DNA of 64,000 nucleotides from an uncultured virus (IMG/VR IMGVR_UViG_3300020048_000022) (IMGVR_UViG_3300020048_000022); one strand, 5' to 3'. Counted from the first letter of the stretch, positions 9,432-19,133 are shown. Notes: generated by a model not told the origin, from the letters alone. A program made the numbers and translations.

Positions 9432-9908
9432 TTATTTTATATTCTTCCAATCGGAAGTTAAATTAAATATAAGATCTACAATCTTTGACTTAGCATCAGA
9501 AGAATTGTCATATGTAGGTACAGGGATTTGTTTTCCGTCAGAATTATAGACTTCAATGATTTTTTTCATATCTGAAGCTTCAATCTTTCTTCTTTCCCCT
9601 TCGTTATCTTTAATAACATAGAAATCTCCTCTAGTGCTTTTCCAAAAATCAGAAAGAGTCACATCACCTTGATAAATTGGGGATTTAGAAGTGATCTTAT
9701 AATCTTTAATTCCATTAGGTCCATCGATTCTAAGAGCAGAATGTGTAGCATAATCCTCACCATGTTTTCTCATTGTTTTTTTAACAACACAGAATTTATA
9801 TGCTGTATCTGGCTTATGTAACTGAACCCAATCTGTGACTTCACCTGTGGGGTGTGCATAAATTCCAGATTCATTTATAAAGTCTTCGTATTTAGAAAGA
9901 TTTTTCAT
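9432..9908 (-). CDS. hypothetical protein, MKNLSKYEDFINE N-terminus
   Basis: 158-aa ORF. Confidence 0.75.
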   Translation of the reverse strand: MKNLSKYEDFINESGIYAHPTGEVTDWVQLHKPDTAYKFCVVKKTMRKHGEDYATHSALRIDGPNGIKDYKITSKSPIYQGDVTLSDFWKSTRGDFYVIKDNEGERRKIEASDMKKIIEVYNSDGKQIPVPTYDNSSDAKSKIVDLIFNLTSDWKNIK

Positions 9909-9911
9909 ATA

Positions 9912-10547
9912 TTATGCTATTGCAGTTACGAATTTTTCGGTGAGATTTCCCGATTTATGTATAGCCTCTTCGTATCCTTCTTTATTTCTGTATTTTTCAA
10001 GTCCACTGTAATCACCAGAATGACCTAATCCGCCTCTTCTTGCTATCTCGTAATGTGTGCCTTCTGGAATTTTTGTTAATGGCACGGAAACAACTAATTT
10101 ATTTCCCCCCATTTCCATTTTAATTCTTTTAACATCTGGCTTGACACTAACGGTTTTAAGGTATTCATTTAATTCCAAAGTGAGTACATTCAGAAGCTGA
10201 TGTATAGTATCTCCCTTACCACCTTTAGCGTGTTTAAGAAGAAATCCAGATTGTGGGCCATCATAAATGATATTAAAAGCAGTCGGTGTTTTATCTATAG
10301 CAATCTTAGGAACCGTTTTATCGTTAACTTTACTTACACCATTCCAAAATGCTTCTTTACCGAAGTGTGACCAACAGTCGTTATTAGGACATGAAGATTC
10401 GTCATTTCTTGTAGGAGAGACAGGACCGCTAGTAGTAGTAGTAGGCTGTTCCTTTTTATCTCCAAATCCTAATAGGTTAGCGAGCATATTAGCCTCTGGG
10501 AATAGATTTTCATTAATAAATTGATCTATATATTTGATATGTTTCAT
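9912..10547 (-). CDS. hypothetical protein, MKHIKYIDQFINE N-terminus
   Basis: 211-aa ORF; GATATATA upstream. Confidence 0.75.
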   Translation of the reverse strand: MKHIKYIDQFINENLFPEANMLANLLGFGDKKEQPTTTTSGPVSPTRNDESSCPNNDCWSHFGKEAFWNGVSKVNDKTVPKIAIDKTPTAFNIIYDGPQSGFLLKHAKGGKGDTIHQLLNVLTLELNEYLKTVSVKPDVKRIKMEMGGNKLVVSVPLTKIPEGTHYEIARRGGLGHSGDYSGLEKYRNKEGYEEAIHKSGNLTEKFVTAIA

Positions 10548-10596
10548 GTACTATATATCGCTATAGATTATTCATTAATTAGTAATATTTTTTTAT

Positions 10597-11817
10597 TTAA
10601 TCCTCGTCATCAAATTCAGTAAACCTACCTAGTCCGTATCCTGCTTTAACAAGAGGATCAGAATCTTTAAACGATTTTATAAATTTTTTCAAATCCTCAT
10701 TATCTGTTTTTGTTAGTATCTCATTAGAGAGTGTTCCAAATTTTATAAGATCATTATTAAAAAGATCACTAATATAATCTTTTAATATTATATTAACATC
10801 TGAATAAATTTCAGATTTACTTAAACTCTTATTCATTATTTTTTCGTCAAAAATCGTATAAGCAGAAACCAGCATTTTATCTATTGGATCGGAAGATCGA
10901 TTAGCATAATGTAATAGGTCTTTATTCTTAATATTAAATATAGCTCCAAATAAATCCCATGTGTATTTTTCTAATGTTTTATTATCTTTAGCTCCTATAG
11001 TATGATGCTGCCCATACGAATCACCTTTCTTAAATCCTCTCTTACGAGACATTAAATAATGTGAAATAAAATAATCATATGCTGATACACCGCTGCTACT
11101 TAGTGGCTCGACATACTTTTTTTGTGATGGCTCAATATAACTTTCCATCTGATTAGAGAAACTCAGCGAACCTTTAGGAGTCAATGAAATGCTAATTAAC
11201 GAAAGAAGATCACTTGGTGCTTTATATGGAAAAGGTGTAATAACAACATCATAAAAATTAGATACGTATTTAAAAGCCTCCGTGTCAGCTATTGCCAAAG
11301 GATCTAAAATATTTTCATTCATCATTATTTCAATTTTATCTATCTCATTTTTAAATGACGGATTAACAGATAAAGCATTGTTAACAATAAAATCGTAGAA
11401 CTTAGTATTTTCTCTCAGTTTAAGGTAAGCATCAACACCAAGCATCTTTCTACCCTCGTAAAAAGGCTGAAGTATATTGGAATTTATACTCAATTTAATT
11501 CCGATAGCATAAGAAGTTATAAATTTTAATATATTATCCCAGTTTGTAAATACATCAGGATTTTTATGAGAATTACACACATTAAAACTACCATAGAATA
11601 TTATATTTTTTGGGCTCACAGAAAAACTATAACCTAATCCAGCAACTGTTATCATCTTATTCTTGATTTTGCCAGCCCATGAAGGAGCTTCTGAGTCCAC
11701 GTTCCCAAAAATTTCTTCCATTTTTTTATAAGCAGGAAAATTGGTAATATCATCTTCTTTTTTGGGTGTAAATTCATTTACACTTTCGAATAGTTTAAAA
11801 TTTAATAGGTGCTTCAT
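10597..11817 (-). CDS. hypothetical protein, MKHLLNFKLFES N-terminus
   Basis: 406-aa ORF; AATATATA upstream. Confidence 0.75.
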   Translation of the reverse strand: MKHLLNFKLFESVNEFTPKKEDDITNFPAYKKMEEIFGNVDSEAPSWAGKIKNKMITVAGLGYSFSVSPKNIIFYGSFNVCNSHKNPDVFTNWDNILKFITSYAIGIKLSINSNILQPFYEGRKMLGVDAYLKLRENTKFYDFIVNNALSVNPSFKNEIDKIEIMMNENILDPLAIADTEAFKYVSNFYDVVITPFPYKAPSDLLSLISISLTPKGSLSFSNQMESYIEPSQKKYVEPLSSSGVSAYDYFISHYLMSRKRGFKKGDSYGQHHTIGAKDNKTLEKYTWDLFGAIFNIKNKDLLHYANRSSDPIDKMLVSAYTIFDEKIMNKSLSKSEIYSDVNIILKDYISDLFNNDLIKFGTLSNEILTKTDNEDLKKFIKSFKDSDPLVKAGYGLGRFTEFDDED

Positions 11818-11828
11818 TTAGTATATAT

Positions 11829-12248
11829 TCATATTTGTCTTATGATAAATGATATACTGGTTTCTGCATCCCAATCTATTATATCACTATCGCCTCTTTT
11901 TATGACAATCTCTTCTGAATCCTTATCTATTCCAGTGGCATCTTCACCATTAATAAATTTTTCAACTTCTATTGGATCATCTATTAATACACTTAATCCA
12001 TTCCTACTGAATCCAAAATCGTCCTCAACTTGTAATGTAATTTCTGAAACAAGACTAACTGAGTAATTATTCTTGATATTTTCAAAAATACCCAATTTTT
12101 TTAAGCTCATTATATATTTTGATTCTTTGTAACTAGATTTTCTTAAACCATCGCTCAGTGAATCTGCCCAATCCAAAAATTCTTTATAACTAGAGAAATC
12201 TCTATGTATAGGAATCAATTCAATATTTCCAAGTTTTATTGTACTCAT
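11829..12248 (-). CDS. hypothetical protein, KLGNIE paralog
   Basis: Shares KLG.IELI N-terminus and IDD..E.E.F..GE...G.D.D with the next ORF. Confidence 0.7.
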   Translation of the reverse strand: MSTIKLGNIELIPIHRDFSSYKEFLDWADSLSDGLRKSSYKESKYIMSLKKLGIFENIKNNYSVSLVSEITLQVEDDFGFSRNGLSVLIDDPIEVEKFINGEDATGIDKDSEEIVIKRGDSDIIDWDAETSISFIIRQI

Positions 12249-12652
12249 ATCTCTCTATAAATATAACAAGCTTTAGTATTAGTCTCTTCTATTGATAGAC
12301 ATGAGTCTACATGAACATCAAATTCCCCACCGTCCTCGTCAAATCCAAAACATTCTTCTCCTTTACAGAAATTCTCTATCTCGTCCTCATCATCTATTAT
12401 AACATATCTATTATCATCAGTAACAACATCAATTTGAGACACAACCATAACCCCATATAGTCTACTAAAATGTCTATAAATCCTCAATTTATCAAATTCA
12501 TTTCTTATATACTGATTAATCACTTCAGTAGTGAATTTATATTCAGGGCCTAATTCGCTCAAATAATCTTTAAGTTCACTATAACAATGAAAGTAACTCT
12601 TCTTTGGCTCAGTCTGAATTAATTCTATATGTCCAAGTTTTAATGTTTTCAT
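12245..12652 (-). CDS. hypothetical protein, KLGHIE paralog
   Basis: Paralog of 11829-12248; ATGA overlaps. Confidence 0.7.
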   Translation of the reverse strand: MKTLKLGHIELIQTEPKKSYFHCYSELKDYLSELGPEYKFTTEVINQYIRNEFDKLRIYRHFSRLYGVMVVSQIDVVTDDNRYVIIDDEDEIENFCKGEECFGFDEDGGEFDVHVDSCLSIEETNTKACYIYREI

Positions 12653-12981
12653 ATGCTTCTTACAATGATTAAATATCCCACAGCTGATGTCATACTACTA
12701 TTCATTAAACTACCATTCTTGATATTGTAAATGAAAGCATCATTACCGTGTACCCATCCATGATTAGTCCAATAGCTAGTGGAAATTGTATTATTGGAAA
12801 GAAAATCTCCTATTCCTATATCATATAATGACGTCAGATATTTCATCTCCTTAAGGGAAGGAAGCCTCCATGGTTTACCGCCATACTCGGTTTTGATGAT
12901 TTTTCTGCCTCTATTAAAGCTCATTCTTCCCATATCTTTAAGATTAATAACCTCTATATTTCCTAGCTTCAGTGATTCCAT
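12649..12981 (-). CDS. DUF1566/Lcl C-terminal (C-type-lectin-like) protein
   Basis: WRLPSLKEM, YWT, C-terminal IVR. Confidence 0.65.
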   Translation of the reverse strand: MESLKLGNIEVINLKDMGRMSFNRGRKIIKTEYGGKPWRLPSLKEMKYLTSLYDIGIGDFLSNNTISTSYWTNHGWVHGNDAFIYNIKNGSLMNSSMTSAVGYLIIVRSI

Positions 12982-13008
12982 AAATCTTTAGGTATATTAA
13001 TAAAATAA

Positions 13009-13530
13009 TTACATAACATTTAAAGCAATTCTATCAAAAGCCTTTCCTTGAACAGTCACACCGTAATCTATATTAAGAGATAAGATATAAGGAAATGCAC
13101 CACTAATACTTAAAATGTAATCTCCATCAAAATGGAATGATATAGCACCATGTCCTTCAGGGAGTTCATTTTTCTCGTCAACATAATCCTTATAAAAATT
13201 CATAGATTCTTCTATATTATTATAAGGATCTCCTATGATTATTTCATATGAATCCATATCCTGATCATCGTCATCGTCATACTCAGAATTTTTAATATAA
13301 TCACTCATTATAGAATTTAGCTCAATTTGAAGGGTTTTTAAATCAAAAAAACTAGGATCCATATTATCAATTCTATTTTCTATATTACTGACGTAATTCC
13401 AATTATCTTTAAAAGTATCAAAAATCATTATTTTTAAAGTATCCAAAGATTCAGAAGAATATAATTGGTATGTATTATATGTGCCGCCAACGCCGCCTGT
13501 TTTTTCGTATACATTAATAAAGTAATTCAT
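13009..13530 (-). CDS. acidic hypothetical protein (MNYF paralog 1)
   Basis: Start reassigned to MNYFINVYE after GATATATA; paralog of 14646-15125. Confidence 0.7.
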   Translation of the reverse strand: MNYFINVYEKTGGVGGTYNTYQLYSSESLDTLKIMIFDTFKDNWNYVSNIENRIDNMDPSFFDLKTLQIELNSIMSDYIKNSEYDDDDDQDMDSYEIIIGDPYNNIEESMNFYKDYVDEKNELPEGHGAISFHFDGDYILSISGAFPYILSLNIDYGVTVQGKAFDRIALNVM

Positions 13531-13678
13531 ATTGTATATATCACACATACTCAAAGAGAATTCCAAGCCATCTAAGATTAAAGGCCCCCTGGGCCACTTC
13601 CAAAGAATTGTAGAAAAATCCAAGAGCCCGGAGGGCGGATATATAATAAAAGCGGATATATAATAAAAAATAATCTCA

Positions 13679-14623
13679 ATGAAACACATTAAGTTATTTG
13701 AATCTTTTTTATTGGAAGGCACAGGATTAGTAACAGGAAAATATGATATTGACCCCCTAGTAGATTTTCTTATAAAAATTCCAACGACCGAAGCAACAGA
13801 CGGCATTGCTGCAGCTGTAATACAAACTAAGGGAACATATGGCGATAGAGAAATATTTATTTGTCTTCGAGGAAAAAGCGCAGGAACAATGGGATACTCT
13901 ATTTATCACACGAGAACAATAACAATCCATTCTTTCCCAGGTCAAGATATTTATCAGATGAGAATGGTTCTATCTCATGAGCTTTCACATATGTTGGATA
14001 TTGGGGTAAAGATAATGGATACTAAATATCCAGACCATATTCTTGATATTAATCTTAATTCAAAACGTTTATCTAAGGAAGCCTTATTTAAGAAGTACAT
14101 CAGTGATGAAACGGAAAGAGAAGCTTGGCCTTCTGGATTGGTGTATGTGATTAATTCTCTCCTAATAGAACACCCAGAGAAGATAGAAGCAGTTAAAGAA
14201 CTTATTAGAAAAAAAGATTGGCATATAGAGAAAGTTTTTCCAGAGATTCAGAATATTATTAATTATATATCGGATGTATTCTCATCTTACGGAAAAATAA
14301 GAGAGAGATTCTTTAAAAGATTAGCCGCAGCAATTATCACACACACAAAAGGTGAAATGATTGATATTAAAGCGGTAATAATTGATGACTCAGATGATGA
14401 AAGCATAATACGAGTTAAACCTATTAAACCAGAGGGATTCAGCTTTAACAATTACTATGCAACTCCAGAAGATAAGAAATATGAATCAGATATTTACTGG
14501 TATGAAAAAGGAATTAAAAATATCGAAAGAAATAGATTGGTAAAGAAAGCTGCCGACGAGATGAATATAGAAACTGTCACTATAAAAAGCAAGATTGCAA
14601 AAAGTATTAGCCAAGTATTTTAG
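13679..14623 (+). CDS. putative zincin metallopeptidase-like protein
   Basis: HELSH (HExxH) plus downstream ETEREA; MKHIKLFESF N-terminus; tandem GGATATATAATAAAA upstream. Confidence 0.6.
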   Translation: MKHIKLFESFLLEGTGLVTGKYDIDPLVDFLIKIPTTEATDGIAAAVIQTKGTYGDREIFICLRGKSAGTMGYSIYHTRTITIHSFPGQDIYQMRMVLSHELSHMLDIGVKIMDTKYPDHILDINLNSKRLSKEALFKKYISDETEREAWPSGLVYVINSLLIEHPEKIEAVKELIRKKDWHIEKVFPEIQNIINYISDVFSSYGKIRERFFKRLAAAIITHTKGEMIDIKAVIIDDSDDESIIRVKPIKPEGFSFNNYYATPEDKKYESDIYWYEKGIKNIERNRLVKKAADEMNIETVTIKSKIAKSISQVF

Positions 14624-14645
14624 TGGATTTGTTATAACCTAAATA

Positions 14646-15125
14646 TCATTTTATTAGTTCTAAAATACGCGTAACTGTATTGGAACTAATATGGACATTA
14701 TATTTACTAACTAAATCACTTAGTAGAGGAAGCGCTTTCTCTAATTCATTAGCGAATTCACCATAAGAGTAAAAGCCCACCTCAGCAGTATCAAACTCCT
14801 CCTCATCATCCAAATGATTTCCATAAAATCTCACAGCCTCCGTGATATTAGTATAAGGTGCACTAATTTCTATATGACAATCGGTCACGTAATCATTCTC
14901 ATCATCTATAACATCCGTGAAGAAATCAGCAATCTGTCCGAAATCCATCTTAGTGGGATTATTAAAATTATCAATCTTCTTAGAAACATCCATCCATGAG
15001 TCTTTTAAATCCTCAACTATTCTAAATTTTATTTCATCAGGCGATTCACCTGAATATAATCTATAAGTGCGATACGGTCCTGCAGACCCCTCTGTAATCT
15101 CCCAAACATTAACAAAGTAATTCAT
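14646..15125 (-). CDS. acidic hypothetical protein (MNYF paralog 2)
   Basis: MNYFVNVWE..G..G.Y.TY.LYS.ES shared with 13009-13530. Confidence 0.75.
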   Translation of the reverse strand: MNYFVNVWEITEGSAGPYRTYRLYSGESPDEIKFRIVEDLKDSWMDVSKKIDNFNNPTKMDFGQIADFFTDVIDDENDYVTDCHIEISAPYTNITEAVRFYGNHLDDEEEFDTAEVGFYSYGEFANELEKALPLLSDLVSKYNVHISSNTVTRILELIK

Positions 15126-15214
15126 ATCTTATATATCATCCTAGGAAACACACAATTTCCTACGCACGTAAAATTTTCAAAAATGATTCAATCTGAATTT
15201 TAGGGCCCTCCCCC

Positions 15215-15562
15215 TTATAAAGAAACTGTTCTCACAGGTCTAGCATAGCTTCTAGTACCATATCGAATATGATCTAAAAAGACATGACCATTATTGAATG
15301 ACCTTACATACTTATGATCTTCCTTGCTATACGAACTAGAATCACTTGAACTCCAATAATAATCTCCTACAAAATTAAGAACACCTAGATTATGAAGAGA
15401 GTACATATAAGAGAGTTCATTAAGAGTAGGCAATCTCCATCCATCTCCCTTAAGTGCTAGACACAAACTCGTATACTGATTAAAGCTCTTACCAGAAGGA
15501 AGATCCTTATAGAAGATCTCTAATCCCATAGGTTCTATTATGAAGTTCTTACCATTATACAT
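15215..15562 (-). CDS. DUF1566/Lcl C-terminal protein
   Basis: GWRLPTLNEL, YYWSSS, F.NG, YARPVR. Confidence 0.75.
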   Translation of the reverse strand: MYNGKNFIIEPMGLEIFYKDLPSGKSFNQYTSLCLALKGDGWRLPTLNELSYMYSLHNLGVLNFVGDYYWSSSDSSSYSKEDHKYVRSFNNGHVFLDHIRYGTRSYARPVRTVSL

Positions 15563-15599
15563 ATCCCTTATATATCACAGAGAGTACGGGGCACAACCT

Positions 15600-16100
15600 A
15601 GGAGGGCATAGTTTCCTCTAGAAAAAAAAATTTGTGTTTTGGAACATACCCACTTTTTAGGACCCTCCCCCTCCATTGACATAGTACTTATAGAGAGAAG
15701 GGAGTACAGAGGGTATCCTAGATTATCCCTGTGAAGTACTGGGGTCGAATCCCTAGAAACATTGATTTTTGAGGTCAATAAAAATTCGCCAGACCAGGAC
15801 CGGGGGGTGATTTTCCATATAGCCCCCGGGCCATTGAATTTGAGTTTTAGGGGGGGTAAAATGGCCATTTTAGGGGGGTAAAAAGGGGGCTTAGAAAAGG
15901 GCCTAAAACTCCAGTTTTCACTAAAAAATGTGTGTTTTTACGGGGGTACCCCGGGGGATGTAAAATAGAGTGATTTCTCAGGTTTTTGGTGTTTTTTCTC
16001 TTTTTCTGGGGTACCCTCAGGGATCTTATATTGCTTAGTTAGGAAACCTTGGCTCACAAAAAAAGGCCACAGCGGGCTTTAGAGAAATGGGGGGTATAAA
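15600..16100. other. GC-rich non-coding left flank of the array with G-tracts
   Basis: Many G5-G7 runs, palindrome TAAAATGGCCATTTTA, no convincing ORF. Confidence 0.6.
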
Positions 16101-16107
16101 ATCTAGG

Positions 16108-16290
16108 TTATAGTAGCTGCACTTTTAGGCCCTTAAGAATCTCTTTGAGTTGGGGGGTTATTTTGGATGTGCCTTGGACGGTTGGGATAACGGTAGGCCC
16201 CTGGAGGGAGAAGATGTAGTCTGGTCCTTCTAGAATGTCGTGGGCTTCTAGGAGTGTTTTAACTTGCTTTAGTGTGTATTGTTTGTTCAT
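16108..16290 (-). CDS. hypothetical protein, last gene of the minus-strand array
   Basis: Start MNKQY directly after the class-I promoter; terminator at about 16055-16080. Confidence 0.55.
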   Translation of the reverse strand: MNKQYTLKQVKTLLEAHDILEGPDYIFSLQGPTVIPTVQGTSKITPQLKEILKGLKVQLL

Positions 16291-16380
16291 AGAGTAAATA
16301 TAAGGGGTTTTCTTAGAAGAAAAAAATGATTTCTTGGAATAATCGAGTGTATAATACTCTCTTATCTTCTTCTTCATCTT

Positions 16381-16590
16381 TATCTGGGGTACCTCATATA
16401 TAGTGATCTATGGTAACCACTGCTAATACATGCTTTACTTATGGATCCGGGGGTACCTCAGTGTGTTTACCATAGAGCAAGTACATGAAATACATGCTAT
16501 GTTATCCCTATCTGGGGTACCTTCCTTGCTTTACCATAGAGCAGATAATCATTATACATGCTATTACATCTTCATCTGGGGTGCCTTCCT
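16381..16590. repeat. four imperfect direct repeats with exact 64-bp period
   Basis: GGGGT ends at 16390, 16454, 16518 and 16582; shared TTTACCATAGAGCA and ATACATGCT. Confidence 0.85.
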
Positions 16591-16673
16591 TGGTCTTCTT
16601 CTCTTCCTAAGGCTTTGTGCACAAAAAAAGAGGTTGTTAAGACCTCTTCATTTTAGTGATGTGTAATGAGTGT

Positions 16674-16808
16674 TTAGAACTCAAATGATGCTGTACTATG
16701 TACATTACCTGTTATGACTTGTATGAAGGCATAACATAGAGATACAATTGTCATTGACATTAGCACTCCCACCCATATTCCTGCTAATAGATTGATTGTT
16801 TTTTCCAT
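16674..16808 (-). CDS. small membrane protein (44 aa)
   Basis: Hand translation MENTINLLAGIWVGVLMSMTIVSLCYAFIQV...; followed by a terminator. Confidence 0.55.
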   Translation of the reverse strand: MEKTINLLAGIWVGVLMSMTIVSLCYAFIQVITGNVHSTASFEF

Positions 16809-17078
16809 TTTGTTTTATTTAGTTTAATTTAGTTTTGTGAGATTTGTGACCATATTCTTAATAGGTCTGAAAGAAGTAATTGAGACTTTACACTTAACAT
16901 TTGAATCTTTGAATACATGAGATATTGTTTAATTGATTTACATAGCTAATATATGGATTTTTCTACTAAGTAAAAAACGATTTCTTGGAATTATGTGGAA
17001 AAAGATTTAGAATAAGATGTGTTCCTGTGGGGTACCTCAAGAGTGTTACTAGATATATAAATGATCTAACTAATTATT

Positions 17079-17291
17079 ATGTCAGGACACGAAGATGTAT
17101 TCTATGAGATTTACCAGGAGGTTCACTCGAGAGGACAAGAAGAAGTATTCTATAAGCAGCTTGAGAAGATGAAGAGTCAAGATAAGCATAAGTATAAATG
17201 TGTTAAAGACCATTGGGAATATGCTTATGATAAAATCACTGGGGTTCATCAGAGTGCTGAGACTTTATTGAGTAATCAAGATTTAAAATAA
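17079..17291 (+). CDS. hypothetical protein
   Basis: GATATATA at 17052; counter-oriented insert in the array. Confidence 0.65.
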   Translation: MSGHEDVFYEIYQEVHSRGQEEVFYKQLEKMKSQDKHKYKCVKDHWEYAYDKITGVHQSAETLLSNQDLK

Positions 17292-17303
17292 AACCACTAT
17301 ATT

Positions 17304-17486
17304 ATGAATGAGTACAGACTATTAACCAAGGATATGGAGTCAATTAACACTGTGAGATGTGATAGTTTTGAAGAAGCAATTGCATACTTTGCAGAGAAGA
17401 AAAGACTTAGTACAACTGATCTAATGAGCATTTTTAAAGTTGACATTCTTCCAGCTGATCCAGTCGGGGGTACCTCAAGAAGGTAA
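17304..17486 (+). CDS. hypothetical protein
   Basis: 60-aa ORF following 17079-17291. Confidence 0.55.
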   Translation: MNEYRLLTKDMESINTVRCDSFEEAIAYFAEKKRLSTTDLMSIFKVDILPADPVGGTSRR

Positions 17487-17688
17487 AAGAAGAAGACCAA
17501 AGAAAATTTCTTAGTACTATCTCAAACTCCTGGGGTTCCCCACGATGCTTTCTTTGCATTTTAATTTTTTCATATTTTAAAAATCTGGGGGCCTAAATAT
17601 AAGAATTATCATCCTTATAAAAAAATGATTTCTAAGAGATTCCAGCGGGGGTTCCTCCATGGGATTTGATCAGACCAATTTTTTTCCC

Positions 17689-17716
17689 CACAAAAAAAGG
17701 AGTCCGAAGACTCCTC
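17689..17716 (-). terminator. rho-independent terminator (representative of about 30)
   Basis: Minus strand AGGAGTC-TTCG-GACTCCT-TTTTTTGTG; identical hairpin at about 20110-20130. Confidence 0.85.
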
Positions 17717-17741
17717 TTTCACTTTTTAAACTAAACCCGGA

Positions 17742-18077
17742 TTACTCCGCGGTTTGTGCGTTTACCAACTCGTTCGAAGTTGTGTAAAAAGTTCGACGTC
17801 CAGTTCGCTTAACTCTGAAAGTAATTAAATTATTTTCATTTTTAATTTGAGTGAAACTTAGGACAGACCCCGGACTTGCGCAATAGGAATTTTCAATTTC
17901 CATTTTAAGGTTTTTGTATAAACGAACCTTATGTGCGAACTCTTTTTCGAACTTCATTTCACTTAAGAAATCGTCAAATTTTGGCTGAGCCATTTCCACT
18001 TTTTTCTTTGCTGCGTAAGCTTTGTTGTAAGCTGCTTTTTTTGCTTTTTGTTCTGAAGTCATAATTGAGTTTTTCAT
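17742..18077 (-). CDS. basic protein, EQKAKKAAY family paralog 1
   Basis: Lys/Ala helix plus conserved VRLYKNLKM..NSY.ASPGSVLSF...FRVKRTGRRTFYT. Confidence 0.85.
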   Translation of the reverse strand: MKNSIMTSEQKAKKAAYNKAYAAKKKVEMAQPKFDDFLSEMKFEKEFAHKVRLYKNLKMEIENSYCASPGSVLSFTQIKNENNLITFRVKRTGRRTFYTTSNELVNAQTAE

Positions 18078-18323
18078 AATAGATTTTTTTAAGTTTTGTT
18101 TAATTGATTAACATTACAAATATAAGTGGTCTTCTTTGATATAAAAAATGATTCTGGGAATTTCTTGGAAATTTCTAAAAAAATATTTAGTGTGTTCCTT
18201 GTGGTTCCTACCCGATTCTGATCACCGGGGGTTCCTCAAGAAGTCTGATTGGGTTTAGGAAAAAGTTAGGGGCACAAAAAAATCCGAGGGGGACCCGGAT
18301 TTAAAAAAATAAATCTACACAAT

Positions 18324-18521
18324 CTATTCTTTTAGGTAATCACTTATAATAGAAGCAATCAGTGCTTTATTAAGATCACAACTTAAGGGTAGTCTAATTT
18401 CTTCAAGTCCTTGTGACACTTGTATATCGGCAATCTTCTCATTAAAGATGTCTAGCATCTTATCTACATTGACCTCAGGGTTCTTTGCCTTTAGCATCTT
18501 ATTAAATGGTGTGTCACTCAT
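18324..18521 (-). CDS. hypothetical protein
   Basis: Start reassigned to MSDTPF, overlapping the end of the upstream 38-aa ORF. Confidence 0.6.
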   Translation of the reverse strand: MSDTPFNKMLKAKNPEVNVDKMLDIFNEKIADIQVSQGLEEIRLPLSCDLNKALIASIISDYLKE

Positions 18522-18630
18522 TGGTCTTTGATTTATGTTTAGGTTTTCTTGTATACTTCTTTCTATTACGATACACATTAGGTCTCGTTGCCTGTCTTAA
18601 TTCCTGTAATGTTATCTCTATCTTTTCCAT
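18514..18630 (-). CDS. small basic protein, possibly ArfA-like (38 aa)
   Basis: MEKIEITLQELRQATRPNVYRNRKKYTRKPKHKSKTNE; ATG 7 nt after the -7 box. Confidence 0.55.
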   Translation of the reverse strand: MEKIEITLQELRQATRPNVYRNRKKYTRKPKHKSKTNE

Positions 18631-18686
18631 GACTCTACAAATATAGAGAATATTCTATTATATAAAAAATGATTTCTTGGAAAAAA

Positions 18687-18728
18687 CCCTCTCGTACGCA
18701 CGCACGTACGCACGCGTCCCCCGGGAGG
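18687..18728. repeat. alternating purine-pyrimidine element
   Basis: CGTACGCACGCACGTACGCACGCGT (25 nt) identical at 21046-21070; variants at 25093, 29429, 46401, 47665 and 48029. Confidence 0.85.
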
Positions 18729-18848
18729 AGCCATGGTATAATAATGTGAAGAAGAGTGAAGATGTACTGGGGCACCGCAGTGGGTTTACAGTAGACAGGT
18801 TACTGTAAACCTTGGTGCACAAAAAAAGACTCCTAAGAGTCTTTTTCT

Positions 18849-19133
18849 TTATGTTGAGTTTGTGGGCTCTCCTTTATTTCTAGGAGTTGTGATTTGATTC
18901 TTTATAATAGTGGCCCTTGAATTAGGCTCTCCTTTGTTACGCGGAATCTTTCTTTCTTGTATAATAGAAGCCCTTGATGTGGGCTGTCCTCTAGGTAGGT
19001 GAAAGAAATTATTGACTTCTCCTACCTCAGCATAAACTCCCCTTTTGTTTTTAATCGGGTGGTCAATCCCGTATGTCTTTATAATCTCGGGGACCAGGAG
19101 AGCTAAGATGAAAATTAGTATGAGCTTTAGCAT
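18849..19133 (-). CDS. putative exported or membrane-anchored protein with C-terminal peptide repeats
   Basis: Hydrophobic N-terminus; three G(Q/E)P(T/N)S-type repeats. Confidence 0.65.
   Translation of the reverse strand: MLKLILIFILALLVPEIIKTYGIDHPIKNKRGVYAEVGEVNNFFHLPRGQPTSRASIIQERKIPRNKGEPNSRATIIKNQITTPRNKGEPTNST

Noticed and set aside
11829..15562. Diversity-generating retroelement
   Set aside because: No reverse transcriptase and no template/variable repeat pair seen in this window.
15575..15868. 97-aa ORF, and similar ORFs at 16430, 19453, 20509, 45617, 47590, 48206 and 48265
   Set aside because: They lie in GC-rich boundary or flank DNA, lack either promoter class and have atypical composition.
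16381..16590. CRISPR mini-array (64-bp period resembles repeat plus spacer)
   Set aside because: No identical 25-40 bp repeat; similarity is spread through the units, including the would-be spacers; no cas genes in the window.
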